Assembly: GCF_006345805.1 (NCBI RefSeq)
Contig: NC_042998.1
Location: forward strand, 30,256,001-30,320,000
DNA: 64,000 nt
Direction of reading: 5' to 3'
DNA from: Octopus sinensis
Taxonomy: Eukaryota
The first letter of the stretch is position 1; the number at the start of each line of letters is the position of its first letter. A program made the position numbers and the translations under genes. This document shows, in pieces, positions 26,257 through 37,235 of the stretch. The notes under the pieces are model-generated. The model was not told where the DNA came from and did no database searches. It saw nothing but the letters and a program-made list of their open reading frames with translations.

Positions 26257-26800
26257 AAGTACCCCCAAATATATCCAAAATAGAAAATCTTCGGCACATC
26301 TCGAGACACGTGTGATTCGAACTAGAATTTTCCCGAAAAAAATTTTATCCTACATTAGTTTTAAATTTAATAGTGTTCACTTCCGAATTCTCTCACTCTG
26401 TGAAAGTTTCTAGTTCGAATCACACGTGTCTCGAGATGTGCCGAAGATTTTCTATTTTGGATATATTTGGGGTACTTAGGTCTGCCCAGGACTTAGTGCT
26501 TGCTTTTTCCATGGGTATGAGTAAGTATTTCACTTATATCTCACGTATTTATCACTGAAGAGGGGAAAATTCTTATGAATTAACCCCGAAATTGGGACCA
26601 ATACGGTAATAATGGATTTTTTAGAACTTTCTATCGGTTATTGACAATTTTGTCTTTTTTTTCGGCATATTTGGCATTAGAATTTTTCTTTTGCCCTTAT
26701 TTTGTAAATTATTTATAAATTTAACCTTTAAAGGTACTTTTTGATATGCTGGCCATTGATAAAAAATTTTTCCCGAAAGAAATTTTATCATACATTAGTT
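26257..26800 (+). mobile_element. Penelope-type terminal region: inverted copy plus direct partial repeat plus HHR
   Basis: 70-bp inverted repeat 26257-26327 / 26408-26477; TTTTCCCGAAA.AAATTTTATC.TACATTAGTT at about 26328 and 26768; HHR at 26549-26609. Confidence 0.7.
26549..26609 (+). ncRNA. Type I hammerhead ribozyme-like motif, near intact
   Basis: TTATCA-CTGAAGA-GGGG..CCCC-GAAA-TTGG-GA-CCAA-TA-CGGTAA: canonical core, 4-bp stem II, 5-bp stem III, AUA site at 26601-26603, stem I with one mismatch and one wobble. Confidence 0.65.
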
Positions 26801-26839
<39 letters not shown>

Positions 26840-27959
26840 CGACGAGCTTCTTTCAGTTTTCTTCTACCAAATCCACTCACAAAGATTTCGTCGGCTCGAT
26901 GCTGTGGTAGAAAACAATTGCACAAGGTGCCACGCGGTGGAACTGAACCCGGAACCATCTGTTTGGGAAACAGTCTTCTTACTACACGGTCATGCTTGCG
27001 CCTATAATCGAATATTGTGTAAAAATTCTTTCACTAGATACTGAGGCGCATATCTTTACTGGGCGTCAGTACCACGAGATTTTTAGAAAGAACGCAATGA
27101 ATGACATACAACTTAACTACAAATATATTAAGTTACACCACGGTGGTTGTACCGAAGTTAGCTAATACCTTCTCAACAGATGATTATTCAGTATGTGGAT
27201 GGTGTATTTTGATAAATGGAATTTGACAAGCGAAAAATCTATCAGGCCACCGTAGTTTTGACAACACATAGCTTTAAGAAACAAACCTTGAGCACGTAAA
27301 TCCGTTTAACCACAGCGAGTGAAGAAGCATAACTTCCTTTCCGCAGTAACAAAAGATGAATATGCTACGAATAATAAAAACTGCTGTTAATGACAGATTT
27401 CGAAAAGCCGTATTTAGGGGTATGTTAATCATTCTCCGATTGTTAAAGTGAGGAAAATTTTATCTTGTCTATTTCTTGAGTTAAAAGACTGAACTAGTTT
27501 CAGAATATCACCGACAAGATAAGTTTAACATCTGAAACATTTTTACAGATTTATAAAAGTTTGTAAAAATTAATGGGTATTGTTTCATTTAATTCTTTGA
27601 TTCTCTTCTATTTAATTTAAAATTAGTAGAGCCTTTCTGGAAGCTCCTATATGTTATACAATTATCTAAATGGGAATTTGAATTCACTGGCTCTACACTC
27701 GCAAAGTATTAGTCTAAAGTGTTGTGCACTGAGCAGAAATATCATTAGTAATGTATTGGGTCTCAGCTTATTTCTTTCTACATTGTTAAACATTTCCACT
27801 TTATTTTAATTGCATTTCAACGCAGTCATTACGTAACTTGTACACACATATGTATATATATAACTTCATACACACGCAAACACGATATATATACACCTAC
27901 ATATGAACCAAGGCTTTGTAACGGAAATTTGTTCCTTATACTAGTAAAATTCTCAATAT

Positions 27960-28200
27960 ATGTGGGTGGGCGGGTGGTAAGAAGTTTGTTTCCTAACCAC
28001 ATGGTTCCAGGTTCAGTCCCACTGTATGCCACCTTGAGACGATGTCTTCTAATATAGCATTTGATATGTGAGTGAATTTAGAACAAGGAAACACTGAAAG
28101 AAGCCCATCATATATATACATACTGTTGTGTCTGGGGAGAGTCATTCTCTTTTAGTGCCTTATTATTTAACATACTCACCGGTACAATTTCCACTTATTT
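27960..28200 (+). mobile_element. SINE family C head with atypical 3' sequence
   Basis: GGTAAGAAGTTTGTTTCCTAACCACATGGTTCCAGGTTCAGTCCCACTG...GAAAGAAGCCC. Confidence 0.75.
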
Positions 28201-28488
28201 CTTTTTTTTATACATATACATATATATATACACACACACAAACGTCAATAAGTGTGACTAATACTGCCGAAGCACCTATATTCCTTTACAATAAGAGTTA
28301 AAATACCGTTAATGCAGCAGGATCAAGTATATTTTAACTGTTATTTCTAGCAATGTATGTGCTTTGACACTCTTAGTCACAGTTAGTGACGCCTGTATTT
28401 TTCGTTTATGGTATCGCATTGCGCCTGGCTGTTTGTATTAATTTTTAGTACATATATACATAGAGAGATAGATAGATAGATAGATAAG

Positions 28489-28694
28489 TTTCTTTATTCG
28501 CCACACAGGGCTGCACACAGATGGGACAAATTACAAGGTAGAGATTTTCTTTTGTGGGATGAAAAAAAACAAAAGAAAGTGGCGTAGGTTTTCGATCAAA
28601 AGGGATCGTAAAAGGGAAAAAGGAAAAGGAAAAAGAAAGAAAAAGAAAAAAAGGAAGAAAAAAGGGAGAGAAAAAAAACGATCAATAGGGATCG
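28489..28694 (-). mobile_element. Probable L1/Tx1-type 3' end inserted in (GATA)n
   Basis: Minus strand ends CCCTGTGTGGCGAATAAAGAAA; AGATAGATAAG on both flanks; no ORF attached so the clade is inferred. Confidence 0.55.
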
Positions 28695-29610
28695 TAGATA
28701 GATATAGATAGATAAGGCATTACGAGACTAATAACCTTGTGTTGGACTGAATATATGAAAGCTTTTGAACGAGTGGTTAACGGAGTAGAGGGTGGTAATA
28801 AGGAAATGAGGTGAGAAAGGATGAGACGATATGCTTTTTAAGGAACTTCCTTATCTTACAACTGTTTATGCTAAAAATGCATTGAAATTATAGTTGAGCC
28901 TCGAATAGGAAATGCACTTAATTGTATGTATGTGTGCGTGTGTTATTTATATTTTCTATTCAATTTTTACCAAATTCATTCCGAGTTAGAAAAGGCGCCA
29001 TTAGTAAAAAGTTGTTTTTGCATAGCCAATAGAAATTAACAATTCAGCTATCAAGGCGGTGCCCTAACAGGGCTGCAGTCTAATGACCGAAACAAGCAAA
29101 AAATGAATGATAAATTCTATATCTATCCGGATCAGCTCTGAAAATGGAACACAATTGCAGATGAAACAAGCATTAAAACGGATTCAAACTCTCCTTCTTA
29201 CCATGCATTCTAACCCCAACATTTGTTACTGGGGAGCTTATATTCTAAATGAGGGTTACGGTTGAAATTTTTCTTAGTAAAATTCCATTTCTAAGACGAT
29301 TGTAGCAAATGTTATTGTTATTGATGTTATTGTAGTTATTTTTGTCCGTGTTATCGTAGTGATGATCGTTGTTATTGAAATTTGTTTTTGTAGTTATTGT
29401 TGCTGTTTTCGTAATTATCTATATTTTTACTGTTGATGCGAGCATTTTTATTTTTATATTTTCCCCCTTGTTTCCCTCCAATTTCTGTGTATTCTTTCTG
29501 TTTCCGACAAATCGAGATATTTCGCAGATAATTTAAGATTAGATATTATAAAAATAACAATTGGAAACATTTATAGCCTAAAATAATACACCTCCGCCAA
29601 ACTAAATATA

Positions 29611-30890
29611 TTGGGTTGGCAACTAAGTCCCACGGTTTTTTTTTTTATTTTGGAATATATTACACTTTTGAATTTCGGAATCTATTGTTTTTTTTTTCGA
29701 GAATTCTATTTTTGAATTATTTTAGAATCTATTTTCTTTTTGTTTTTTCTAGTTAATTTTACTTAATTTTTGTTTATTTTCAGATCATTAAAATGGAATG
29801 TCAAGTTAAGAAAGACGCGCATTTCCGACACTTCCTTCATTTTGCATTTAATCAAGGTTCTCAGGCCTCAAAAGCTGCTCGCGATATTTGTGCTGTGTAT
29901 AGAGAGGATGCCATAGCTGAAAGAACAGTTCGTGATTGGTATAACCAAGTTCAAAAGTGGAAATGTTGACTTCAAAGATGCACCTCGTTCAGGCCGTCCA
30001 GTTGAGTTCGATGAAGAACGATTAAGCCAACATTTTGCATGATAATTCTCGTCAAACGACAAGGGAACTGGCAGTGAAAATGGAATGCTCTCACACTGCT
30101 ATAGAGAAGCATCCTCACTCGATGGGAAAGCTTTAGAAGTATGGAGCATGGGTTCCACTGCTTTAAGTGACAACACCAAAAATCAACGAGTTGTTTGCTT
30201 GCTCGTCACCGCTCAACTCATGGACAAAGACAACGATTTCTTTACCGAATCGTTACTGACAACGAAAAATGGTGCCTGTACATCAATATGAAGGTGCGTG
30301 AGGATGGCTTAGCCCCGATAAACAAGCGACTCCGCGTGTAAAACAAGATCTTCATCCGCGTAAAACAATGTTGTGCGTATAGTGAGACTGGGAAGGGATT
30401 ATCCATTACAAATTGCTTAAACGGAACTAAACAGTTAATGCGGAACTCTATGTTCAACAGATGGAACGACTCATCACGGCTATTCAAGAGAAAATACCTA
30501 ATCGGCAGCATGGAGTTCTTCTGATGCACGACAACACCGCCCTCATATCACCAATATCACCAAGGAAGCCATTCAAACACATGGCTGGGAAGTACTGCCA
30601 CCCCCGTCTTACACTTCTGATTTGGCTCTAATGGATTCCCACCTCTTTCAAATGCTATGCGCGGAGTTTCGTTCAATACTGATGCAAAATTGAGAGGTTG
30701 GTTGTATCAATTTTTCGAGTCGAAATCGGGTGATTTCTACCAAAGAGGTATTGAAAATCCTGATGAACGTTGGGAAGAAGTTGTAAACAACAAGGGTGAA
30801 TATATTATTGATTAATTAGTTGTCGTTTTTTATCAAACATTTTTAAAAATTTAAATTAAAAAAACAGCGGGAACATAGTTGCCAACCTAA
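29611..30890 (+). mobile_element. Full-length mariner transposon (1280 bp), TA TSD
   Basis: TA|TTGGGTTGGCAACTA ... TAGTTGCCAACCTAA|TA terminal inverted repeats. Confidence 0.95.
29793..30815 (+). pseudogene. Mariner transposase pseudogene
   Basis: MECQVKKDAHFRH..DAPRSGRPVEFDEERL..GAWVP..RIVTDNEKWCLY..LLMHDN..PPSYTSDLA..RWEEVVNNKGEYIID*; several frameshifts and stops. Confidence 0.92.
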
Positions 30891-31062
30891 TAATTTCTGT
30901 CAGCACAAATGTAAGAAAGTATACTTTAGAACAGTGCTTCTCAAACTATCTGATGTGCTAGGAACCGTTGATATTTTTTAGTAATATTCATTTATTTCGG
31001 AAACAATATATATAATGTTAACAATTCTTTTAATCTTATATTTATTTTGTAAACAAATAATA

Positions 31063-31617
31063 TCATTCTATATTTAAGAGATGAGGAATTTGTACATTAT
31101 TTACATTTGACGGATTTTTGTCCTCATCTTGTTTGTTGTTAACACAACGCTTGGGATGATATACCCTCCAGCCTTCATCAGGTGTCTTGCGGAATTTTCA
31201 AACATGGGTTCTCATTCCTAAGGTATTATGATTATCATTATTATTATTCATGTCACTGCTTGGAGTTAGTAGCCCGCGCTCTTAACCACAACGCCATATG
31301 CCCGTGGGCAATTAGGGAGTGAATTTTAGGACATATAAATCTAATATTTTCCTATCCTTCCATAAAACCAGTTCCCATATGCTATTCATATCAACACTCG
31401 GTCTGCTTAGGAGGTTGCTGTGTTCTAGCATTTATGATGGCTGCTTCTTTTACTTTTCGTATTTTCCAGTGGTGTTCTCTGCCTATTATTTTAACTTCAT
31501 CCCACAGGGGAGGTACCCACGGGCATATGACATAGTGGTTAAGAGCACGGGCTACCAACCCCAAGATTCCGAGTTCGATTCCAAGTAGTGACATGAATGA
31601 TAATAATAATAATAATC

Positions 31618-31650
<33 letters not shown>

Positions 31651-31762
31651 TTGGAAAATACCTTAAGAATGAGAACCTAGGTTCGGAATTTCCCCAAGAC
31701 ACCTGATGAAGTCTGGAGGGTATATCAGCCGAAATTCCTCATCTCTTAAGTATAGAACTGTA
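31063..31762 (-). mobile_element. 5'-truncated Penelope-like element: GIY-YIG C-terminus, 3' terminal unit and inverted 5' copy of that unit
   Basis: Minus ORF piece LWDEVKIIGREHHWKIRKVKEAA (about 31420-31510); tRNA-head/(AAT)n/HHR unit downstream at 31310-31063 (-) and inverted at 31516-31762 (+). Confidence 0.8.
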
Positions 31763-31859
31763 GCATTAAAACTGATTAAAACTTACCTTCTTACTGGCAG
31801 CTGATGGTTCGCAGACCGACACCTTTGAGCAGGACTGCTTTAGAGAACGCCATGATAAT

Positions 31860-32090
31860 AATTAAAGCACTCGCATATATTAATTCATATTTTGGCAAAA
31901 AACCAGCAATTAAAGTGGAGGGGTTAAGTCAATTACATTGACACCAGTGATCGATTGGTCCTTATCTTATCCATCATGAAACGATTAAAAGGCAAACAAC
32001 TACTTGGCGAAACTTGAACTCAGAACGTAAACATTAACGAAATACTGCTAAGCATTTTGCCTGGCATGGTAACGCCACCTCACTTCCTTA
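31860..32090 (-). mobile_element. SINE family A, degenerate T2 copy
   Basis: AACTTGAACTCAGAACGTAAA..AAATACTGCTAAGCATTT. Confidence 0.75.
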
Positions 32091-32629
32091 AAGCACACAT
32101 GTCTGTTGGTTTCAAATTTTGGCGCAAGGCCAGAAAGTTAAGACGGACAACGTAAAAGGAGACAAAATTCAGCTAAGCACTTTGCCCAAAGAGCATCCGT
32201 ATTTATCAAGGAAAAAGAATTCATAAAGAGTTTCAAACATCAAAAAACATAAAAGAAAATGTATCGTAATGCAATGAAATAAAAATCAGCCTCATCTTAC
32301 TGAAGAAAGCAGAATTCCTGGGCATTATCCAGGAAGAATAATTAAACATAAACTACAACTGTAACCGATATTCAATAACAAAGTAAAAACAAAAATGGCA
32401 ATAGCGAGAAAAACGGCAAGAAAATCTTCTTGATAACATCAACGGAATTGGTAAGCCTGACAGCTCACTACTCATAATTTCGACACAGACACGAAAAGAA
32501 ACTATCAAAAGGAAAAAAATAAATTGAAAACTCTCAGCACCACAGAAGCAAATAGCACAACAGAACAGGACACAGAAATACCTGTTCATAAATTTTCACA
32601 AAACTTAGCTGGAATAATAATCATTTCTT

Positions 32630-32825
32630 CTATAGGCACAAGGCTTGACATTTCTTTTTTGGTGGGTGGGTCTTAATTTTTAGATTGGTACTTAATTTAT
32701 CGACCCCGAAAAGACGAAAGGCGAAGTCGACCAAAGCGGAATTTCAACCCAGAACATAGCGACAGGTGAAATACAGCTAAGCATTTCGTTCAGCGTACTA
32801 ACGTTTCTGCCAGCTCCCCGCCTTA
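32630..32825 (-). mobile_element. SINE family A, T2 copy
   Basis: GGTACTTAATTTATCGACCCCGAAAAG core; head ending GCCAGCTCCCCGCCTT. Confidence 0.85.
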
Positions 32826-32901
32826 ATAATATTATAAAAATAATAATAATAATTAGAAGAAGAAAAAGAAAAAGAACAACAACACCAACAACAAGAATGA
32901 T

Positions 32902-33287
32902 AAATGCCCTGATGCAGTACCAGGCAGTGGCTCTCATGGCTTTCGATCTTAACTGATTGGAAGTGTTATCATGTACATTGTTTTGTCTTGGTATAAAAGA
33001 TGGGCTACAGCAAATATTCTGCTCAATACCACAGATTGCTTGTCAGTTGTTTGACCATAACTAGTTGAGTATATCCCTTAGTGGCTGACGATATGTGCAA
33101 CTCTGATCATTAGCAGAAGTAGTAGGGGAGCATCATAGCCATGTGTTGAGAGGGATTCTTTGGGGTTTAAATAATTCACCTCTGAAAACAAGTATTTTGT
33201 TTATCATCCTTAAAACAAATCTTCTTCACGGACCTTTTGAACGGGGTGGGCTACTCGACCAGAAGAAAATTCTAGCTGGGCCCCACC
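32902..33287 (-). mobile_element. Family D repeat, 3' part
   Basis: Reverse complement of 7190-7431 and 50960-51360. Confidence 0.85.
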
Positions 33288-34600
33288 TTATCGAAGGCAT
33301 TAGACTGATAGAAGTTGGTCAGGCACCCATCCATGCCAGATTTTTAACTAAATTGTTTATGATATATTGCATGAGGTAGATGTCGTGGATGGATTTGCTT
33401 TGGATTGTGCATATTTACGCATTACCTGTCAGTTCTTCGACACATGCCAACCTCTTTGCTAACACCTTGGACGAAATTTTGAAAGCTGCGTTCTGCAGCG
33501 TTATGAGCCTAAATTTAATTTTTCTATTTGATCCTCCTTGTTTGGGTCTTTGCGCTCAGTTGTGGTAATCATCTGCTACAAAGCCGCCAAACAAGAATAT
33601 AATTTAACAGAAAAGCTCGTAGGGCAGACCATCCAAACCAGGCAATATGACTCCCGTGAAACCCATCACCGCAACCCATTATCCTGTATTTCCGCGGCCG
33701 GTATCGGCATTTCACAACGCCCCACCTCCTTGCCAAGAGTCTTGCCTTGCTGTCTAGCCAGGTACAGAAGTCCATCCTACGTTCCGGTCAGCCATTCATC
33801 CCAAACAGTTAGACGAGGTGATACTGATATGCCGCGCATATCTCCTCGGGCTCAAATACCATATGTCCATTTTGGTCCACTGAAGACCGAATTGTGGCTT
33901 TGCTGCTATGTTGCTTCTCTGCTTTTCATGCCCATCGACCGGCTTTCGTACAAGGCAAACCACCATTTGTTGTTGACGACTGCCTCCATCAACGGCTGTT
34001 TAACTAATTCCCTAATCCGGTCTCTGTAAGATTGGTACACCGGGAGTGGTGCGTTCAACTTCCTGTAATAGTCTCTGCCTTGTAAGCCCTAAGCCCATCT
34101 AGGTCAACCCTACAAATAACAAATGTGTGATCAGTGTAACAAACGTTTTTTTCAAAAGTGGATAAATTATACTATCCATATCTACTGACTTACATAATAC
34201 CCAGTTTAGGTAAGACCTGTCTAGATAAGACCACATTGACACATCCGGCAAATACACTTGATACCTGACAGCCAATTGGAAATGTATGAGCAGGTTTCCG
34301 AGGCTTTTACCATCCACTCTTTTATCTGTGTATCTCACATTGTCCAAACAGCTGTAAGATGATATTCCAATCTACTACAAACACTAAAGCTCAAGACGTC
34401 AATATGTAAACTTCCAGACGTCTGAAGAAATTTGGTTATCATCCTCCTGTCAGAGCATAAACAGTCCCAGACTGAAGGCATACCCTTCACGACTGTTCAC
34501 ACCCAGGACCGCCAGCGTACGTTCTGTGTCCAGAAAGATAGTCCTCACTTTGAGATCCGGACCTCACCGGAAAAACGCTGCAGTGCCTCCCCCACCATTC

Positions 34601-35148
34601 ACGATTAACATATAGATAAATAGATCCCGATTAACATGTAGATCAACAGATCCCGATTAACATGTAGATAAACAGATCCCGATTAACATGTAGATCAACA
34701 GATCCCGATTAACATGTAGATAAACAGATCCCGATTAACATGTAGATCAACAGATCCCGATTATCATGTAGATAAACAGATCCCGATTAACATGTAGATC
34801 AACAGATCCCGATTAACAGGTAGATAAACAGATCCCGATTAACATGTAGATAAACAGATCCCGATTAACATGTAGATAAACAGATCCCGATTAACATGTA
34901 GATACACAGATCCCGATTAACATGTAGATAAACAGATCCCGATTATCATGTAGATAAACAGATCCCGATTATCATGTAGATAAACAGATCCCGATTAACA
35001 TGTAGATAAACAGATCCCGATTAACATGTAGATAAACAGATCCCGATTAACATGTAGATAAACAGATCCCGATTATCATGTAGATAAACAGATCCCGATT
35101 ATCATGTAGATAAACAGATCCCGATTAACATGTAGATAAATAGATCTC
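34601..35148. repeat. 26-bp minisatellite (CCCGATTAACATGTAGATAAACAGAT)n, about 21 copies
   Basis: Directly visible; variants GATCAAC and ATTATC. Confidence 0.97.
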
Positions 35149-35559
35149 GTATCCAATGAAAATGGATACCATCACATGGCTATTACTTGTGGAGGTTTGA
35201 AATTATATTTTCGCCACTCTACAACCTAGGCATATGGGTACCAAAAACAGGTCTTCATTATTTAGGGTCAAAGTGGCGTGCTTTATTGCCTCCTCCTTTG
35301 TGGCAAATCTCACGTCTACAGTGCCATATTTCTTCCCACTTGCAACTTGCGTTTGAGTGTCTTATACTGGACATAGACATTTTTCGATTTGCTGCTGTGT
35401 CGCCCGTTCTAATCTACGAGTTTTAACTCCTATTGTTTTATAAGTGATTGTTTTTCCCACTATGTCCCATATAATGGCTTCAGAATCACTCTTATTTCAT
35501 TTCTTTTTAGGACACACACACACACACACATATATACTCACACACACAAACATATCCGT

Positions 35560-35960
35560 TTATTCTTTTAGTCTGTTATTTTTTGCATTCGATACCGGGA
35601 CTTATTTTTTGTAAGTGTAGTACTTATTCTATCGATTTTTTTGCAGAAATGCTAAGTTACGGGGGCGTAAACACACCAACATCGGTTGTCAAACGATGGT
35701 AGGGGACAAACACAGACACAAATAACAAATACACACACACATACACATACGAATATATATATATATATGTATATATATATACATACATACATATATATAT
35801 ATATACGACGGGCTTCTTTCAGTTTCCGTCTACCAAACAAACTCGCAAGGTTTTGGCCGGCCCGAGGCTGTAGCGGAAGACACTTTCCCCTAGGTGCCAC
35901 GCAATGGGACTGAACCCGGAACCATGTGGTTGGGAAGTGAGCTTCTTACCACACAGCAAT
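35560..35960 (-). mobile_element. SINE family C
   Basis: Head, core and internal microsatellite present. Confidence 0.88.
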
Positions 35961-36605
35961 TGCATTTCATAAACCATCTATCGACAGTTAATATTTTTTG
36001 TGAATGTCTGACTGTGGTGGTACTGGTGCTGGTGTGGAGGTAGTAGTGCTGCTAGTGTGGAAGTGATGATGGTGGTGTGGTGGTGGTGGTTGTGGTGGTG
36101 GTGTGATTTTGGTTGTGGTGGTGACGGTGACTGTGACGGTGATGGTTGTTGTTGTTGTTGGTGTTGGTGGTGGTGGCGGCGGTGTTTGTGGTGGTAGCGA
36201 TGTGGTGGTGGTTCCACTGCTATTAACACTTTCCATGTTTATTGAAAATTGACTGCAAAAACCAACTTTGCTTTCAAAACTGCCTCCTGTCTTCCTCTCT
36301 TCTCCGTTTAGCGAAGTCTCCACCTTATTCAATATTTTCGATAAGAAAACACATTCTATTCAAAAATTTGCCTATTAGGGCACATGACAATAATTTTCGC
36401 TCGGACCCCTAGGGTCTGCTGAAATCAACGACACGCTATATATCAGAAGGGAAACAAAAATACAATTATGGTAATGAATAGAATTGGACGAATCACAGAG
36501 CGCCCGGGACACATCTAGCCTTTGCTATAAACAACAACAAGATGCTGATGCTGATGATGATAACGAAATTGGCTGACATTTTGAAAGATTGCACGATTTT
36601 TAAAG

Positions 36606-36770
36606 TTCCAGTGGTTGTATGGTAAGTAGCTTGTTTACCAACCACATGGTTACGGGTTCATTCCCACTGCGTGGTACCTTGGGCAAGTGTTTTCTACTAT
36701 AGACTCGGGCCAACCAAAGCCTTGAGAGTGGATTTGGTAGAGGGAAACTGAAAGAAGCCCATCCTGTATG

Positions 36771-36803
<33 letters not shown>

Positions 36804-36995
36804 CTGTGTTTGTCCCCCCAACATTGCCTGCAACCGACGCTGGTGTGTTTACGTCCCCGTAACTTAGCGGTTCGGAAACAGAAAGAACGGTAGAATAAGT
36901 ACTAGGCTTCCAAAGTATAAGTCCTGGGGTCGATTTGATCGACTAAAGGCGGTGCTCCAGCATGGCCGCAGTCAAATGACTGAAACAAATAAAAT
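36606..36995 (+). mobile_element. SINE family C, full length
   Basis: GGTAAGTAGCTTGTTTACCAACCACATGG..TGCGTGGTACCTTGGGCAAGTG..AAGGCGGTGCTCCAGCATGGCCGCAGTC. Confidence 0.92.
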
Positions 36996-37019
36996 AGAGT
37001 GAGGGTGGAGATATTAAAG

Positions 37020-37235
37020 AGCCACATCTCAGTGAAAAGATGTGTGATTATGGCAAGCACTCAATACTTCTCGCATCTCAGTTGTTATTGGCCTTACACA
37101 ACGTCTCACCTGTCTTTGTGAGAGTCGCAGCAAGCCGTCGAGATTGGTACTAAAGTCCATAAATTTCTGTGACCCATCGCTTTCGCTGAAAAGTTGATCA
37201 AAATGCTGCGTAAGTGTTACGCACACTTGCATGCA
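37020..37235 (-). mobile_element. L1/Tx1-type pre-RT fragment
   Basis: TQHFDQLFSESDGSQKFMDFSTNLDGLLRLSQRQVRRCVRPITTEMREVLSAC, homologous to 47063 NFAAYLDGLPQLS..RPIATEEI. Confidence 0.75.

Larger units (their letters stand above)
26030..27003 (-). mobile_element. SINE family C split by a Penelope-type insertion in its internal microsatellite
   Basis: 3' half at 26030-26250 and head half at 26840-27003 in the same orientation, separated by 26257-26800. Confidence 0.8.
33283..36400 (-). mobile_element. L1/Tx1-type LINE relic (ORF1 remnant, APE, RT start) containing a minisatellite and a SINE C insertion
   Basis: GKKYGTVDVRFATKEEAIKHATLTL (about 35250-35350) is homologous to ORF1 at 44949; GGGTAAFFR*GPDLKVRTIFLD (about 34540-34600); RKDPNKED..FRLITLQNAAFKISSKVLAKRL..QSNAFDK (about 33290-33560). 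Extension beyond 35500 is less certain. Confidence 0.8.

Noticed and set aside
26257-26477. Stand-alone MITE
   Set aside because: No TSD outside the inverted repeats, and the spacer start recurs downstream as a direct repeat, which fits a Penelope-type terminus better
34601-35148. CRISPR-like regular array
   Set aside because: Units are contiguous with no unique spacers and derive from LINE coding sequence; no cas genes; eukaryotic context
35988-36332. 114-aa T/P/H-rich ORF with good Kozak context, as a host first exon
   Set aside because: Lies in line with and upstream of L1 ORF1 remnants on the same strand; better explained as LINE ORF1 low-complexity sequence; no strong donor
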